A stretch of DNA of 30,120 bases from a virus (lineage: Duplodnaviria; Caudoviricetes), in IMG/VR virus record IMGVR_UViG_3300036869_000085, positions 1 through 30,120 of that record. One strand, 5' to 3'. Positions within the stretch are counted from its first letter, which is position 1, and every line of letters begins with the position of its first letter. Shown piece after piece: positions 8,001 through 14,909 of this stretch. The translations under genes were made by a program, and so were the position numbers. The notes beneath the pieces are model-generated. The model did not search any database, was not told the origin of the DNA, and saw only the letters and a list, made by a program, of their open reading frames with translations.

Positions 8001-11000
8001 TTGAGCAGGTCGATCGCGGCCTGGACGTTGGGGACCTCGTCGAGGCCGGGGTTGACGCCCTGGACACGCACCAGGGCCGGCGCGATCCGCTCGAGCTTCT
8101 GGAGCATGGCCGGTTGGGTGGCCGCCATGCGGTCGCCGGAGCCGAGGACCCTGCCGAGGAACATGCCCTCAATCCGGTCCTTCGCCTCGTCGGTGAGGGC
8201 GTCGCCGGCGAACCACTGGGCCCGGTTCTGCTGGTTGATCACCCCGTCCCGCTGGAGGAGCTTGACCACCTCGGCCGGGCGGTCCCGCATGACGTCGCGC
8301 AGGCTGGCGTCGCCGGCGGCGCCGAGCAGCTCGCCGATCCCCTGGACCGTCTCGTGGGAGAGGTTTTTCGCCTCCGCCACCGCGCGGGCCCGGGGGGAGA
8401 GGACCTGGGTCATGCCCTCGTTGGTGCGGCGGACCGCCGCGACGAGCTCCTCCTTGGGGGCGTCGCTCTTGAGCCCCTCGAGGACGCGCACCAGGATCGG
8501 GGCGCGCATGCCTTCGACCTGGGCCTTGTCGAGGCCGAAGGCGCCCGCCTTCTCGAGCAGGGCCGCCCGGTAGGCGCCGGCCGTCTTGGGTTCGCGCATG
8601 GCGCGCGCCAGCATCATCGCCCGGCCGTTCCCGCCCATGACGAGGGCCTTCTCGCCGGAGGTGACGAGCGGCGGGCCGTCGACGGCGGAGGGCGTGTCGG
8701 AGAGGACGAGGGCCGGGTTGAGCCGCTGGGCGCCCTGGACGACCTTGACCTGCTCCTCCTGCTGGCGGTGGTACTCCCGCTCCTGCACCCCTTCCGGGTA
8801 GCGCGGGTCCGGCTGGAAGGAGTCCGGCAGGTGGGAGGGGATGAGCTCGGAGGCCTCCAGGACCGCGTACCGGGCCCGCTCGCCCTGGGGGTGCTGCGGC
8901 GTCACCACCGCGGTCTGGGCGCCCAGGGCGCGGCCGCCGTGCGGCGGGGCGGCCGGCTCCGCGTCGCCCGCCCGCCGCACGAACGACTCGCCGTGGCCCA
9001 CCGCTCCACCCTTGCGGCTGTCGCCATACTTGGCCTTGGCGGCCGCCTTGGCGTTGACGAGCTGCGCCAGCGCGGCCTCCTTCGAGGTGCCGACGCCGGC
9101 GTAGGTCGAGAGCTGGTCGCCCGGCGCCAGGGTGCCCTCCGGACCGGCGAGGCGGGCCTGGAGGTCACGCAGGAAGGCGTCCGCGGCCTCCTGGGTGGGG
9201 AAGTGGGCGTAGAACTCGTCCCCCGTGCTCATGCGGTGGGCCTTGCCGCCCTGGGCCCGGGAGGAGGCGGCGAAAGCGTTGCCGTAGGCGATCAGGGCCT
9301 TGTCGCCGTAGGCCTGGCCGAGCTCCGGCTTGGCGTTGCGGGCGCCCAGGCCGGGCATGTCGGAGACGACGTGGACGCCCCCCTTCGCCCCCTCGCTCTT
9401 GAGGAAGGCCTCGTGCGCCTTCTGGTTGCCGAGGGCGGGGACCAGGCCGTCGGTGAAGCCGGCCCGGCCCAGGGCGGCGACGGCCTCCTTGGCCCGGGCG
9501 CTCATGGCGGCGAGCGCCGCGGTGTCGCCGCGGAAGGAGTCCCAGATCGCCGCGCGGACGGCGTCGGGGAGGTCGCCGAAGCCCTCGAGGGCGGCGTGCT
9601 CCGCCGGCGCCGGCGCGGGAGCGGCCGGGGCCGCCTCCGTGGTCAGGACCCGGCCCTCGGCCGGCCCGCGGGGCGCCAGGGCGAGCTCCGCCTGGCCGCT
9701 GGGCTCCTTGGCAGCCCGGGCGGGCGGCTGGCGCGGCGCCGCGTCGGGGGCGAGGGCCAGCGCGGTGGTGCCCTTCTCCGGGCCCTGGAAGCGGAGCGGC
9801 CAGCGCTGGAGGACCTCGGCCGGGGTCATGCCCTCGGTCCGGGAGAGGTGTTCGAGGGCGGCCCGGAAGAGCTTGGCCGTGGCCTGGGCGTCCTCGACGG
9901 TCCGGCGGCCGGAGAGGAGCTCGAGGAACTTGGCGTGCTCGAAGCCGTCGAGCTGCTCGAGCGGCCCGTCCGCGTTGCCGGTGACCCCGCCGAGCGCCTG
10001 CTGGAGCTTCTCCTGCTGCTTCTCCCACTCGATCTGCTGGCGGGGGGTGCGCGCCTCGCCGGAGAGCTTGACGTCCCCCTTGAGGGCCAGGAGGTGGTCG
10101 GTCTTGCCGAGCCGGGCGGTCCACTTCTCGATCGGGAAGGAGAGGTCCGGCAGGAGGCCGGCCTTCACGTGGTCGTACATGGCCCCGCCGTCGTCGGCGA
10201 GGTCGGCGGCCATCTTGCGGGGGTCGACCTTCTGCTTCTGCCAGTAGCCGTCCCAGGCCACCGGGTCCGCGAGGACGCGCGGGGCGCCCTGGGAGAGCGC
10301 CATCTTGCCGAAGAGCTCCTCGGCCTGCTCGGGCGACCGGGTGAGGAGCTCGCTCTCCTTTGCGTGCTCGGCGATCGCCTCGAGCTGGAGCCGCTCGTGC
10401 TCGGTGGCGACCTGGCGGCCGCGCTCGTGGAGGAACTGCCGACCCGGGCCCCATGCGGCGAGCAGGGCCATGTCCTGGATGCCCGCCACGAAGCCGTGGG
10501 CGGTGGCGTCCCACACCGGCTGCCAGGAGGCCTCCTGGCCGTGGGTGCCCTTGGCGATCTCGCCGACGGCCGCCTGGCCGGCCCCGTTGACGGCCATGTA
10601 GGCCCCGCCGATGGCGACGTGCTCGCCGTACTGGCGGAGCGCCGTGAGGGCGGCCCGGGCGGTGGTCTGCTCCACCAGCGCCTTCTCGACGCTCTGCGCG
10701 CCCGCGCGCTCGAGGATCGTCTTGACGATGGGGAAGCGCTTGACGAGCGGCCCGGCCAGGCCGGAGGTGATGCCGGCCAGGGCGAGGGAGCCGGAGACAG
10801 CGAAGGAGCGGGCCTCCGCCTCGGTGAGGAGCGGCGTCTTGCCGTCCCCCTTCTTGAGGCCGGCCAGGGAGCGGTACATCGGGCCGACGTTCTCGAGGAA
10901 GTCGAAGGCCGCGCCGCCGGCGTACTGGCCGATCCCGACGCCGGTGATGCCGCCGGCCACGCCACCCGCGACGTTGCCGACCACCGGGACGGCCGTGCCC

Positions 11001-11968
11001 GCCGCCGCGCCGGCGCCGCCGGTGGTGAGGCCGGCCGCGGTCCCGCCGATGAGGCGGAAGAGGGCAGACCCCACCAGGTAGGGGATCATCTTCGGTGCGC
11101 CCACGATGGCGCGCGAAAGCGGGTTCTTGGCGCCGTAGTCGCGCCCCTGCTGCTGCTTCTCGAGGGCGTCGAGCTCCTTGAGGTCCTCCGGGGTGGCCTC
11201 CCCGAGGAACTGCTTGAGGGCGAGCCGGGGGATGGTGATCGAGTCGGTCCAGCCGCCGGCCGCGGCGCGCGCCCAGGCCGGGGCGACGTCGAGGACGAGC
11301 TCCGGCCGGCCGCCGCCACCCATCGGCACCCAGGGGCGATTGACTTCCTTCCAGCGGCCGAAGAGCCACTCCCATGTGGAGGCGTCGGCGAGCTCGTCCT
11401 TGACGTAGGCGGCCCGGCCCGGGTCGCTCATGTAGGAGCGGAGGACCGGGCTGTCGCGCATCGCCCGCTCGAGCTCCTCCTGCTTGAGCTCGGCCTGGAG
11501 GGCCTCGAGGTTGTCGGCGATGAACTGCGGCGCCAGGTCGGGCCGGACGGCGGCGATGGTCCGGATCGCGAGCCCCTTCTCGGCCGGCAGGTTCTCCTGG
11601 GTGGTGCGCCAGGCCTGGAACTTGGCGTCCAGGTCGGTCTCCTGGGACGCGGCGCGCCGCTCCTCGGCGACCATGTCCGCGACGGACTGGGGGGCGGGCG
11701 GAGGCACGGCGCCCGGGGGCGGCCTGGTGTAGGCCAGGGTCTCGCCGGGCAGCATCGCGCGGGCCGGCGGCGGCTCGGTGACGCCCAGGTCCATCCCGTC
11801 GCCGGTCGGGGCCGGCGCGGGCGGCGCCAGCGGCGCGCCGGGGGGCGGCGGGGCGACGACGGGGGCCGGCGGCGCGCCGGCGGGCGCGGGCGGGGCGCCA
11901 TCGGGCGCGGCAGGCTCGCGGGCGGCCTTGCGCTCGTTGGCGATGATCTCGGCGAGGGTCAGGGGCAC
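2054..11968 (-). CDS. Giant (3304 aa) internal virion/ejection protein, Bbp10-like scaffold with polyvalent domains (GGDEF-like, DdrB-ParB-like, possible ART-like, HExxH zincin)
   Basis: GTG start with GAGG 5 nt upstream. Third and largest gene after the MC-start ejection protein. Gly-rich hydrophobic N-terminal segment. Motifs STGDEF, GGNGR, HNL..LGG..PSIA, ADESTAAHEVGH and EERFSHAFELYLAEGKAP. Confidence 0.9.
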   Translation of the reverse strand: MPLTLAEIIANERKAAREPAAPDGAPPAPAGAPPAPVVAPPPPGAPLAPPAPAPTGDGMDLGVTEPPPARAMLPGETLAYTRPPPGAVPPPAPQSVADMVAEERRAASQETDLDAKFQAWRTTQENLPAEKGLAIRTIAAVRPDLAPQFIADNLEALQAELKQEELERAMRDSPVLRSYMSDPGRAAYVKDELADASTWEWLFGRWKEVNRPWVPMGGGGRPELVLDVAPAWARAAAGGWTDSITIPRLALKQFLGEATPEDLKELDALEKQQQGRDYGAKNPLSRAIVGAPKMIPYLVGSALFRLIGGTAAGLTTGGAGAAAGTAVPVVGNVAGGVAGGITGVGIGQYAGGAAFDFLENVGPMYRSLAGLKKGDGKTPLLTEAEARSFAVSGSLALAGITSGLAGPLVKRFPIVKTILERAGAQSVEKALVEQTTARAALTALRQYGEHVAIGGAYMAVNGAGQAAVGEIAKGTHGQEASWQPVWDATAHGFVAGIQDMALLAAWGPGRQFLHERGRQVATEHERLQLEAIAEHAKESELLTRSPEQAEELFGKMALSQGAPRVLADPVAWDGYWQKQKVDPRKMAADLADDGGAMYDHVKAGLLPDLSFPIEKWTARLGKTDHLLALKGDVKLSGEARTPRQQIEWEKQQEKLQQALGGVTGNADGPLEQLDGFEHAKFLELLSGRRTVEDAQATAKLFRAALEHLSRTEGMTPAEVLQRWPLRFQGPEKGTTALALAPDAAPRQPPARAAKEPSGQAELALAPRGPAEGRVLTTEAAPAAPAPAPAEHAALEGFGDLPDAVRAAIWDSFRGDTAALAAMSARAKEAVAALGRAGFTDGLVPALGNQKAHEAFLKSEGAKGGVHVVSDMPGLGARNAKPELGQAYGDKALIAYGNAFAASSRAQGGKAHRMSTGDEFYAHFPTQEAADAFLRDLQARLAGPEGTLAPGDQLSTYAGVGTSKEAALAQLVNAKAAAKAKYGDSRKGGAVGHGESFVRRAGDAEPAAPPHGGRALGAQTAVVTPQHPQGERARYAVLEASELIPSHLPDSFQPDPRYPEGVQEREYHRQQEEQVKVVQGAQRLNPALVLSDTPSAVDGPPLVTSGEKALVMGGNGRAMMLARAMREPKTAGAYRAALLEKAGAFGLDKAQVEGMRAPILVRVLEGLKSDAPKEELVAAVRRTNEGMTQVLSPRARAVAEAKNLSHETVQGIGELLGAAGDASLRDVMRDRPAEVVKLLQRDGVINQQNRAQWFAGDALTDEAKDRIEGMFLGRVLGSGDRMAATQPAMLQKLERIAPALVRVQGVNPGLDEVPNVQAAIDLLNDARRRELRVDQILSQGSLFGGADVPPAVAALARLFETGKPKELQERFRAWAHEAAFDPRQATMFAPNPTAEQARAALFRDREVEGVLFQPERPEEAVIRNLVVQHNLTADNLLHADELGGLVVPSIAVAPKESPLSAFGEITLLAPRQLVDPKAKVPIFDADVYSPRHPTTFHGLKTTGVNKLRNLLGPLERETAGYAGDLNAELARKGPKAWEGGQLRPLLELAFAKEKGIAPEAPTKERTLNESQWSKADAVRAFFKAHPEVTDPKSNVEYRSEAFDRELSTAVGDAIRAHFAEQKAQGKNAARLDKLQKELLFAYLGPKGELSANKIDRFLDDARRVDTREVDRDAMEQRTSDAIQSAGLTDVFDAWARERVTTALSGDRHFERYSDGKKRPATLDNLVREMKARGLQGGESDTPGGLGWVRAHGARKFRSLEEIQSDRARLVPPEEMARVKGTLERQWDEIVKAVSPYHEKGMGFGTLDNLAVAIAHSYKKGVSLARELELSGLKDMPADLVKRIEVFAEQLRTTPTEYFEAKPPRAVRLQEFQVAVVPQSVEARVRPTLEKHGLQVEVFDDRGPEGGVKVSDLEQKRGAARAQAIAAAAEKHALLFQGKRGEIRFQVDPKGDVSAFDVTLLEGADESTAAHEVGHWMSLVLGQLASRPEASEINRELYRTALETMGYADHGERQRALVDAQDLRTRDARAAAGKGPVLTLEELERLKAVDAKEERFSHAFELYLAEGKAPTAELGRTFAKFKGWMVKLYRGLQGIQETYRQQFGSELKLSDDVRRMFDRLLGGDEALREADADAAKIEEAVRAMPEQDAAEIRAALTEARRQAEEHLQRVLLADDLRERRQFMSGERERLTEDVAKELDAQPDYQAVRFLKEGRMPEGRTVPPELVTDAGEPRMLDRAEAVARYGAEFVRENLRGLTTSSPEKAAPIDLVAEHFGFQTGDELVRDLAKLPSRGEVIRTRVQEKLQELYGPALLENPQALGEAALDATHTEAQARAVVTGMRILARRLNPDLEARFRAVDTKALERRAREFMGEKPLAEVSVARALSAERKSALDAINLLAKAAKAKDEGTRRQLAGEAFDAHELQLFNHYLWRAARDVREQAGKDVGYLQKFLGDRERAKLGLAGADYLQRVDDLLGSLELRSSRSMAEVARRREINAAAGGDPKVAESMVAWLEQQKALNRDPFVPDRVIENLKRTRHWKEASGEELSEIRETVESIAHLAHVKDTLLTSKGRRERKAILGELSQRLFETFGDNGVVVDRNTLSFKKRALRAVARLKAGVIRPEEFFREADGGDLEGPFTRYLWNPVNDATHRWSELAEKVAKPVLAELEKMPMEDKLRWRHLRFTVKGQPYTMEAALAVALNWGNDSNRSKIVKGWQYGGLEKFGLQAWDGEATAQEFLRHLTKKDWELVDRIGAQLESLWPEMEQLEKKMTGLAPKKVKLQAFEVQTADGQIHKSPGFYYPMVYDRRFSHAGAAQGEKSDLGSFQLYQPGAERGITPHGHLNARVEEFARPVELSLIGLYRHLNHATKDVAMRESLISAYEIVTDSHFRAAIQRTAGEEVLPLLDKWIRDTANDLVVPDGGESMWIQMVNGTRRGLTGSVFAFNAAQALQNLTGVVNAQSRVDHTFMWKGISQVMAERGRAIDWIHEQSAEMKHRARNLDRDVREGLERSLGKTGGIHRAREVAMWAFQASDGVVANAVWLGAYHQAMAGKVRDLAGSAGDHAKAVRWADQTVRLSLTAAATKDLPAIMRSPHAKWFTLFHGWASSRLNDLLGATADAKLDVRDKAYGRAMRRFTRIFFWVMAGAVVSDLAVGKGAQDDDQDGKVDGADWARWMARRAALAPLSFIPLAGPVARAVADGRKDVSLSPIDRVYTGVAQTATAGYRTTKAWLDDDLWQDEARTFGSHFAETAGMAAGLPVGQAKATLGYWLDEDRDPSDTFGEKVLGTTYGKKRQGSLGSALYGE

Positions 11969-11975
11969 TTGGGCC

Positions 11976-13883
11976 TCAGGGGGCGAGCGTGCCGACGCGG
12001 AAGCGGGAGAGGCTCTCGAGCTCGGCCTGCTTCCGGTCGTAGGGCTTCATCGTCTCGGGGCGGAGGGGGTTGAGCCCCTGGGTCTTCTCCCAGAGGTATC
12101 GGACGTTGTCCTCGGTGACGGGGAAGGAGGCCGCGGGGTCCGCCTGGAGCTCCTTGACGGCCTCCTTGCGGAAGGCGTCCGGGATCTCCTCGACGAAGGG
12201 CTTGTCCGCCAGGTCGGGGTCGGTGCGGGCGATGGCCGCGGGGACGTCGCTCCGGTCGCCGAACCAGGAGCCGCCGCCGGTGACGGTGCCCTTGCGGAAC
12301 CTCTTGTTGACCTCTTCGGTCCACCTCTTCGGGTCGATGGTGCGGCCGGCCTTCTTCTCGGCCGCCTGGAACTCGAGGAGGTCGCGGACCACCTGCGCGT
12401 GCGCCGCGGCGCGCTTCGGCTCCCAGGTCGCCGGGGCGCCCTTATTGGGGAAGGCGCCGGCGCCGCGGCCCACCTCGACGATCTCGGCCATGACCGAGGT
12501 GGGCAGGGACTCGTCCGGCCGGACCGCCTGGCCCTTGGTCTGGAGGAAGTGGCCGAGCAGCGCCCGGCGGTCGCGCGGCGCCACCTGCGATAGGTAGCGC
12601 TCCTCGAAGGCGGCGCCGTCCAGGCCGACGAACTCGTTGGGCGCATCGACGAGCCGGGTGGCGATGGTCGAGAAGGCGCGCTCCTGCGCCGCGGTGGCTG
12701 GGAGGCCCTGCGCCTCTCGAGCGTCGGCGTCCGACCAGTCGAGCAGGTGCTTCCAGGTGTCGGGGGCGTTGTTGATGAGCCAGCTCGAGGTCTTCCCGTC
12801 GATGGCGGCGAGGCCCTTCCGGCCGCGCTGGTCCGGCCCGCCCAGGTACGCGGTCTTGGCCGAGTCCCAGTGGTCCTTGATCGTGGCGTTCCACCCCTCG
12901 CGCTCCGACTGGAGCAGCCCCTCGAGGTTGGAGACGGCCTCCCGCCGGTAGGCCTTGGGCGCGCCTCGGATGAGCGCCCGGGCGTTCTGCTCGTTGACCT
13001 TGCCGGTCTTGGGGTCGCGGGAGGCGTCGACGGCCTGCTGGGCGCGGTCGAAGGCGTCGACCTGGGCCTGGACGTGGCCGATCCGCTCGACGTACTTGTC
13101 CGCCTCGGTGCCCAGGACCTCGCCGGCGGTGGGGCCGCCGGGGACCATGGGCTTCGAGAGGTAGCCCTGGGCGGCCTCGCCCTCCTTGGCGGCGAGGAGC
13201 CGCTCCACCACCGTCTTCGCCACGTCCTTGCGCCAGAGGCCGAGGAAGACGGCGGCCGGCGTGCCCTCCTTGGGCGGGTACGTGTCGGCGCCCTCGAGGC
13301 CCCGGCGCCGGGCCTCCTGCATGAAGAGCGGCTCCATGTTCTGGCGCTCGCGGTCGATGACGCCCGGCTGGTCGTAGCCGTTGGCGATCGCGTCGAGCGC
13401 GGCCGCGCGCCGGCCCTCGAAGGCCTGCCCCTCGACGATCTGGCGCTGCTGGCCCACGTGGGTCTCCACGTGGCGCTGGGCCTGGACCAGGGTGCCGTCG
13501 GTCCGGCGCCGGAAGGCGGCCCGCTGGCCCTCGTCGGTGAGCCCGTCGGCGATCTGCTGCTGGTCCTTCTGGAGCTGCTCGAGCGTCGAGGCGGACTGCT
13601 CGAGGGCGCCGTGCCCCTGCTGGAAGAGGAAGCCGGGCGCGTCCTTCGTGCCGTAGAGCCGCCCGGTGACCCGCTTCTGGAGCTCCGTCTCGGCGTCCTC
13701 GACGACCGCGACGTCCGCGTTGCGCTTCGCCTCGAGGGCGTGCTTGCCCAGGAGCAGCGCCGCGCCGGCGGCCGCGCCGGAGAGCTCCTCGCCGAAGGCG
13801 CCCCTCGGGTTGAGGTTGAACTGCGGGGTCGGCCCCTGCTGGGGGAGAACGGTCGGGAGGGTCTGGAGGTCGAGCTTCGGCAT
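11976..13883 (-). CDS. Internal virion/ejection protein (T7 gp15-position, Bbp11-like), 635 aa
   Basis: Long helical Ala/Gln-rich ORF with a GAGG RBS, between the small MC-start ejection protein and the giant protein. Assignment rests mainly on synteny. Confidence 0.7.
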   Translation of the reverse strand: MPKLDLQTLPTVLPQQGPTPQFNLNPRGAFGEELSGAAAGAALLLGKHALEAKRNADVAVVEDAETELQKRVTGRLYGTKDAPGFLFQQGHGALEQSASTLEQLQKDQQQIADGLTDEGQRAAFRRRTDGTLVQAQRHVETHVGQQRQIVEGQAFEGRRAAALDAIANGYDQPGVIDRERQNMEPLFMQEARRRGLEGADTYPPKEGTPAAVFLGLWRKDVAKTVVERLLAAKEGEAAQGYLSKPMVPGGPTAGEVLGTEADKYVERIGHVQAQVDAFDRAQQAVDASRDPKTGKVNEQNARALIRGAPKAYRREAVSNLEGLLQSEREGWNATIKDHWDSAKTAYLGGPDQRGRKGLAAIDGKTSSWLINNAPDTWKHLLDWSDADAREAQGLPATAAQERAFSTIATRLVDAPNEFVGLDGAAFEERYLSQVAPRDRRALLGHFLQTKGQAVRPDESLPTSVMAEIVEVGRGAGAFPNKGAPATWEPKRAAAHAQVVRDLLEFQAAEKKAGRTIDPKRWTEEVNKRFRKGTVTGGGSWFGDRSDVPAAIARTDPDLADKPFVEEIPDAFRKEAVKELQADPAASFPVTEDNVRYLWEKTQGLNPLRPETMKPYDRKQAELESLSRFRVGTLAP

Positions 13884-13894
13884 GGAGCCTCAGG

Positions 13895-14428
13895 TCAGAC
13901 GAGCGTGCCGCCGGTGGTGCCGCCGCCGCCGCGCGGGCCGAGCTGGGCCATCTTGTAGGAGGCCCCCATGCTGGCGGCCTGGGCGGCCGTCCCGAGGAGC
14001 GTCGAGGCGGCGCCGTACCTCGAGGAGGTGAGCGCAAGCTCCCCCTGGGCCCGGCTGTTCATGGCGCCGACCTTGTAGCCCCAGGCCTCGCGGGCGGCGT
14101 TGTTCTTCACCGTCTCGACGTCGAGCTCGCTCATCATCCGGGCGTCGGCGATGGCCTCGAGGCCGCCGCCGCTCTCGAGCGCGATCCCGGTGGTGCCGAG
14201 CTGTGCCCGAGCCTGGCCGATCTCCTGGCCCGCCTTCATGCGCCGGATGCCGGCCTCCGCGGCGCCGCGCTGGAGCGCCAGCGCGCCCGACTGCTCGGCG
14301 ATCTTGGCGTTCTCGTTCGCCACCGCCTTCTGGTAGTTGCCCGCCTGCACCTGGCCGTAGGTGGAGACGCCGGCGGCCGCGACGGAGGCCCCGATGGCGA
14401 TCATGGTGAGGGTGGCTGGTTCACACAT
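13895..14428 (-). CDS. Small internal virion/ejection protein (T7 gp14-like), 177 aa
   Basis: True start is MCEPATLTMIAIGASVAAAGVSTYGQVQAG, with the MC-x-P start and Ala/Gly-rich helix typical of this family. GGAGG RBS upstream; overlaps the end of the previous gene. The ORF-track extension to 15076 is spurious. Confidence 0.8.
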   Translation of the reverse strand: MCEPATLTMIAIGASVAAAGVSTYGQVQAGNYQKAVANENAKIAEQSGALALQRGAAEAGIRRMKAGQEIGQARAQLGTTGIALESGGGLEAIADARMMSELDVETVKNNAAREAWGYKVGAMNSRAQGELALTSSRYGAASTLLGTAAQAASMGASYKMAQLGPRGGGGTTGGTLV

Positions 14429-14909
14429 GGGCAGGCCTCCGGAGGACGATGCGGTGGAAGGGCAGGCGGGCGCGCCCGAACGGCGCCGCCGGCTCGATGG
14501 TGAAGCCGAGCCGGCCGGCCCAGCGGAGCGCCTGGGCGTAGCGGGCGTCGACGTACTGCTCGAGCTGCTCGTGCTCCTCGAGCCAGGTGGCGAGCACGGC
14601 CTTCGAGGCCCGCCAGAAGAGGAGCGGGGTCCGCTCGACGTGGTCCCCGGTGAGGAGCCAGGGGTGGGCGGTGGGCGACAGGAGGGTCTGCTTCCCCACC
14701 CCGAAAAGCGCCGCGACCTCGCCGTCGATGAGGCCGGCCCAGGCCGCGCCGTGGAGCCGGGACCACCGCAGCGCGGCGAGCAGGCCCGGGAGCGGACGGT
14801 AGCCGCCGCTCGCCAGGATCTCGGCCGCGTCGCCCTCGCGCATGCTCGGGGCGAGCCGCTCGGCGTGCTCGCGGGTGGCGAGCTCGAAGGTGACGCGCTC
14901 ACGCTCCAC
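14421..14909 (-). CDS. GNAT-fold internal virion protein A-like (T7 gp13-like), 162 aa
   Basis: Motifs MREGDAAEILASGG, AALFGV, PWLLTGD, LEQYVDARYAQALRWAGRLGF are typical of the gp13-like acetyltransferase-fold protein that follows the tail nozzle gene. Confidence 0.78.
   Translation of the reverse strand: MERERVTFELATREHAERLAPSMREGDAAEILASGGYRPLPGLLAALRWSRLHGAAWAGLIDGEVAALFGVGKQTLLSPTAHPWLLTGDHVERTPLLFWRASKAVLATWLEEHEQLEQYVDARYAQALRWAGRLGFTIEPAAPFGRARLPFHRIVLRRPAHV

Noticed and set aside
4086-11375. Alternative-frame minus-strand ORFs (843 aa, 736 aa) rich in Arg/Pro/Gly
   Set aside because: Off-frame reads of the giant gene; composition typical of GC-rich non-coding frames.
3926-12073. Very long plus-strand ORFs (1044 aa at 3926-7060, 1650 aa at 7121-12073) and similar ones elsewhere (e.g. 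14842-17061, 19202-21565, 20508-23006)
   Set aside because: Antisense shadows of real minus-strand genes, expected at this GC and codon bias; no recognisable motifs.
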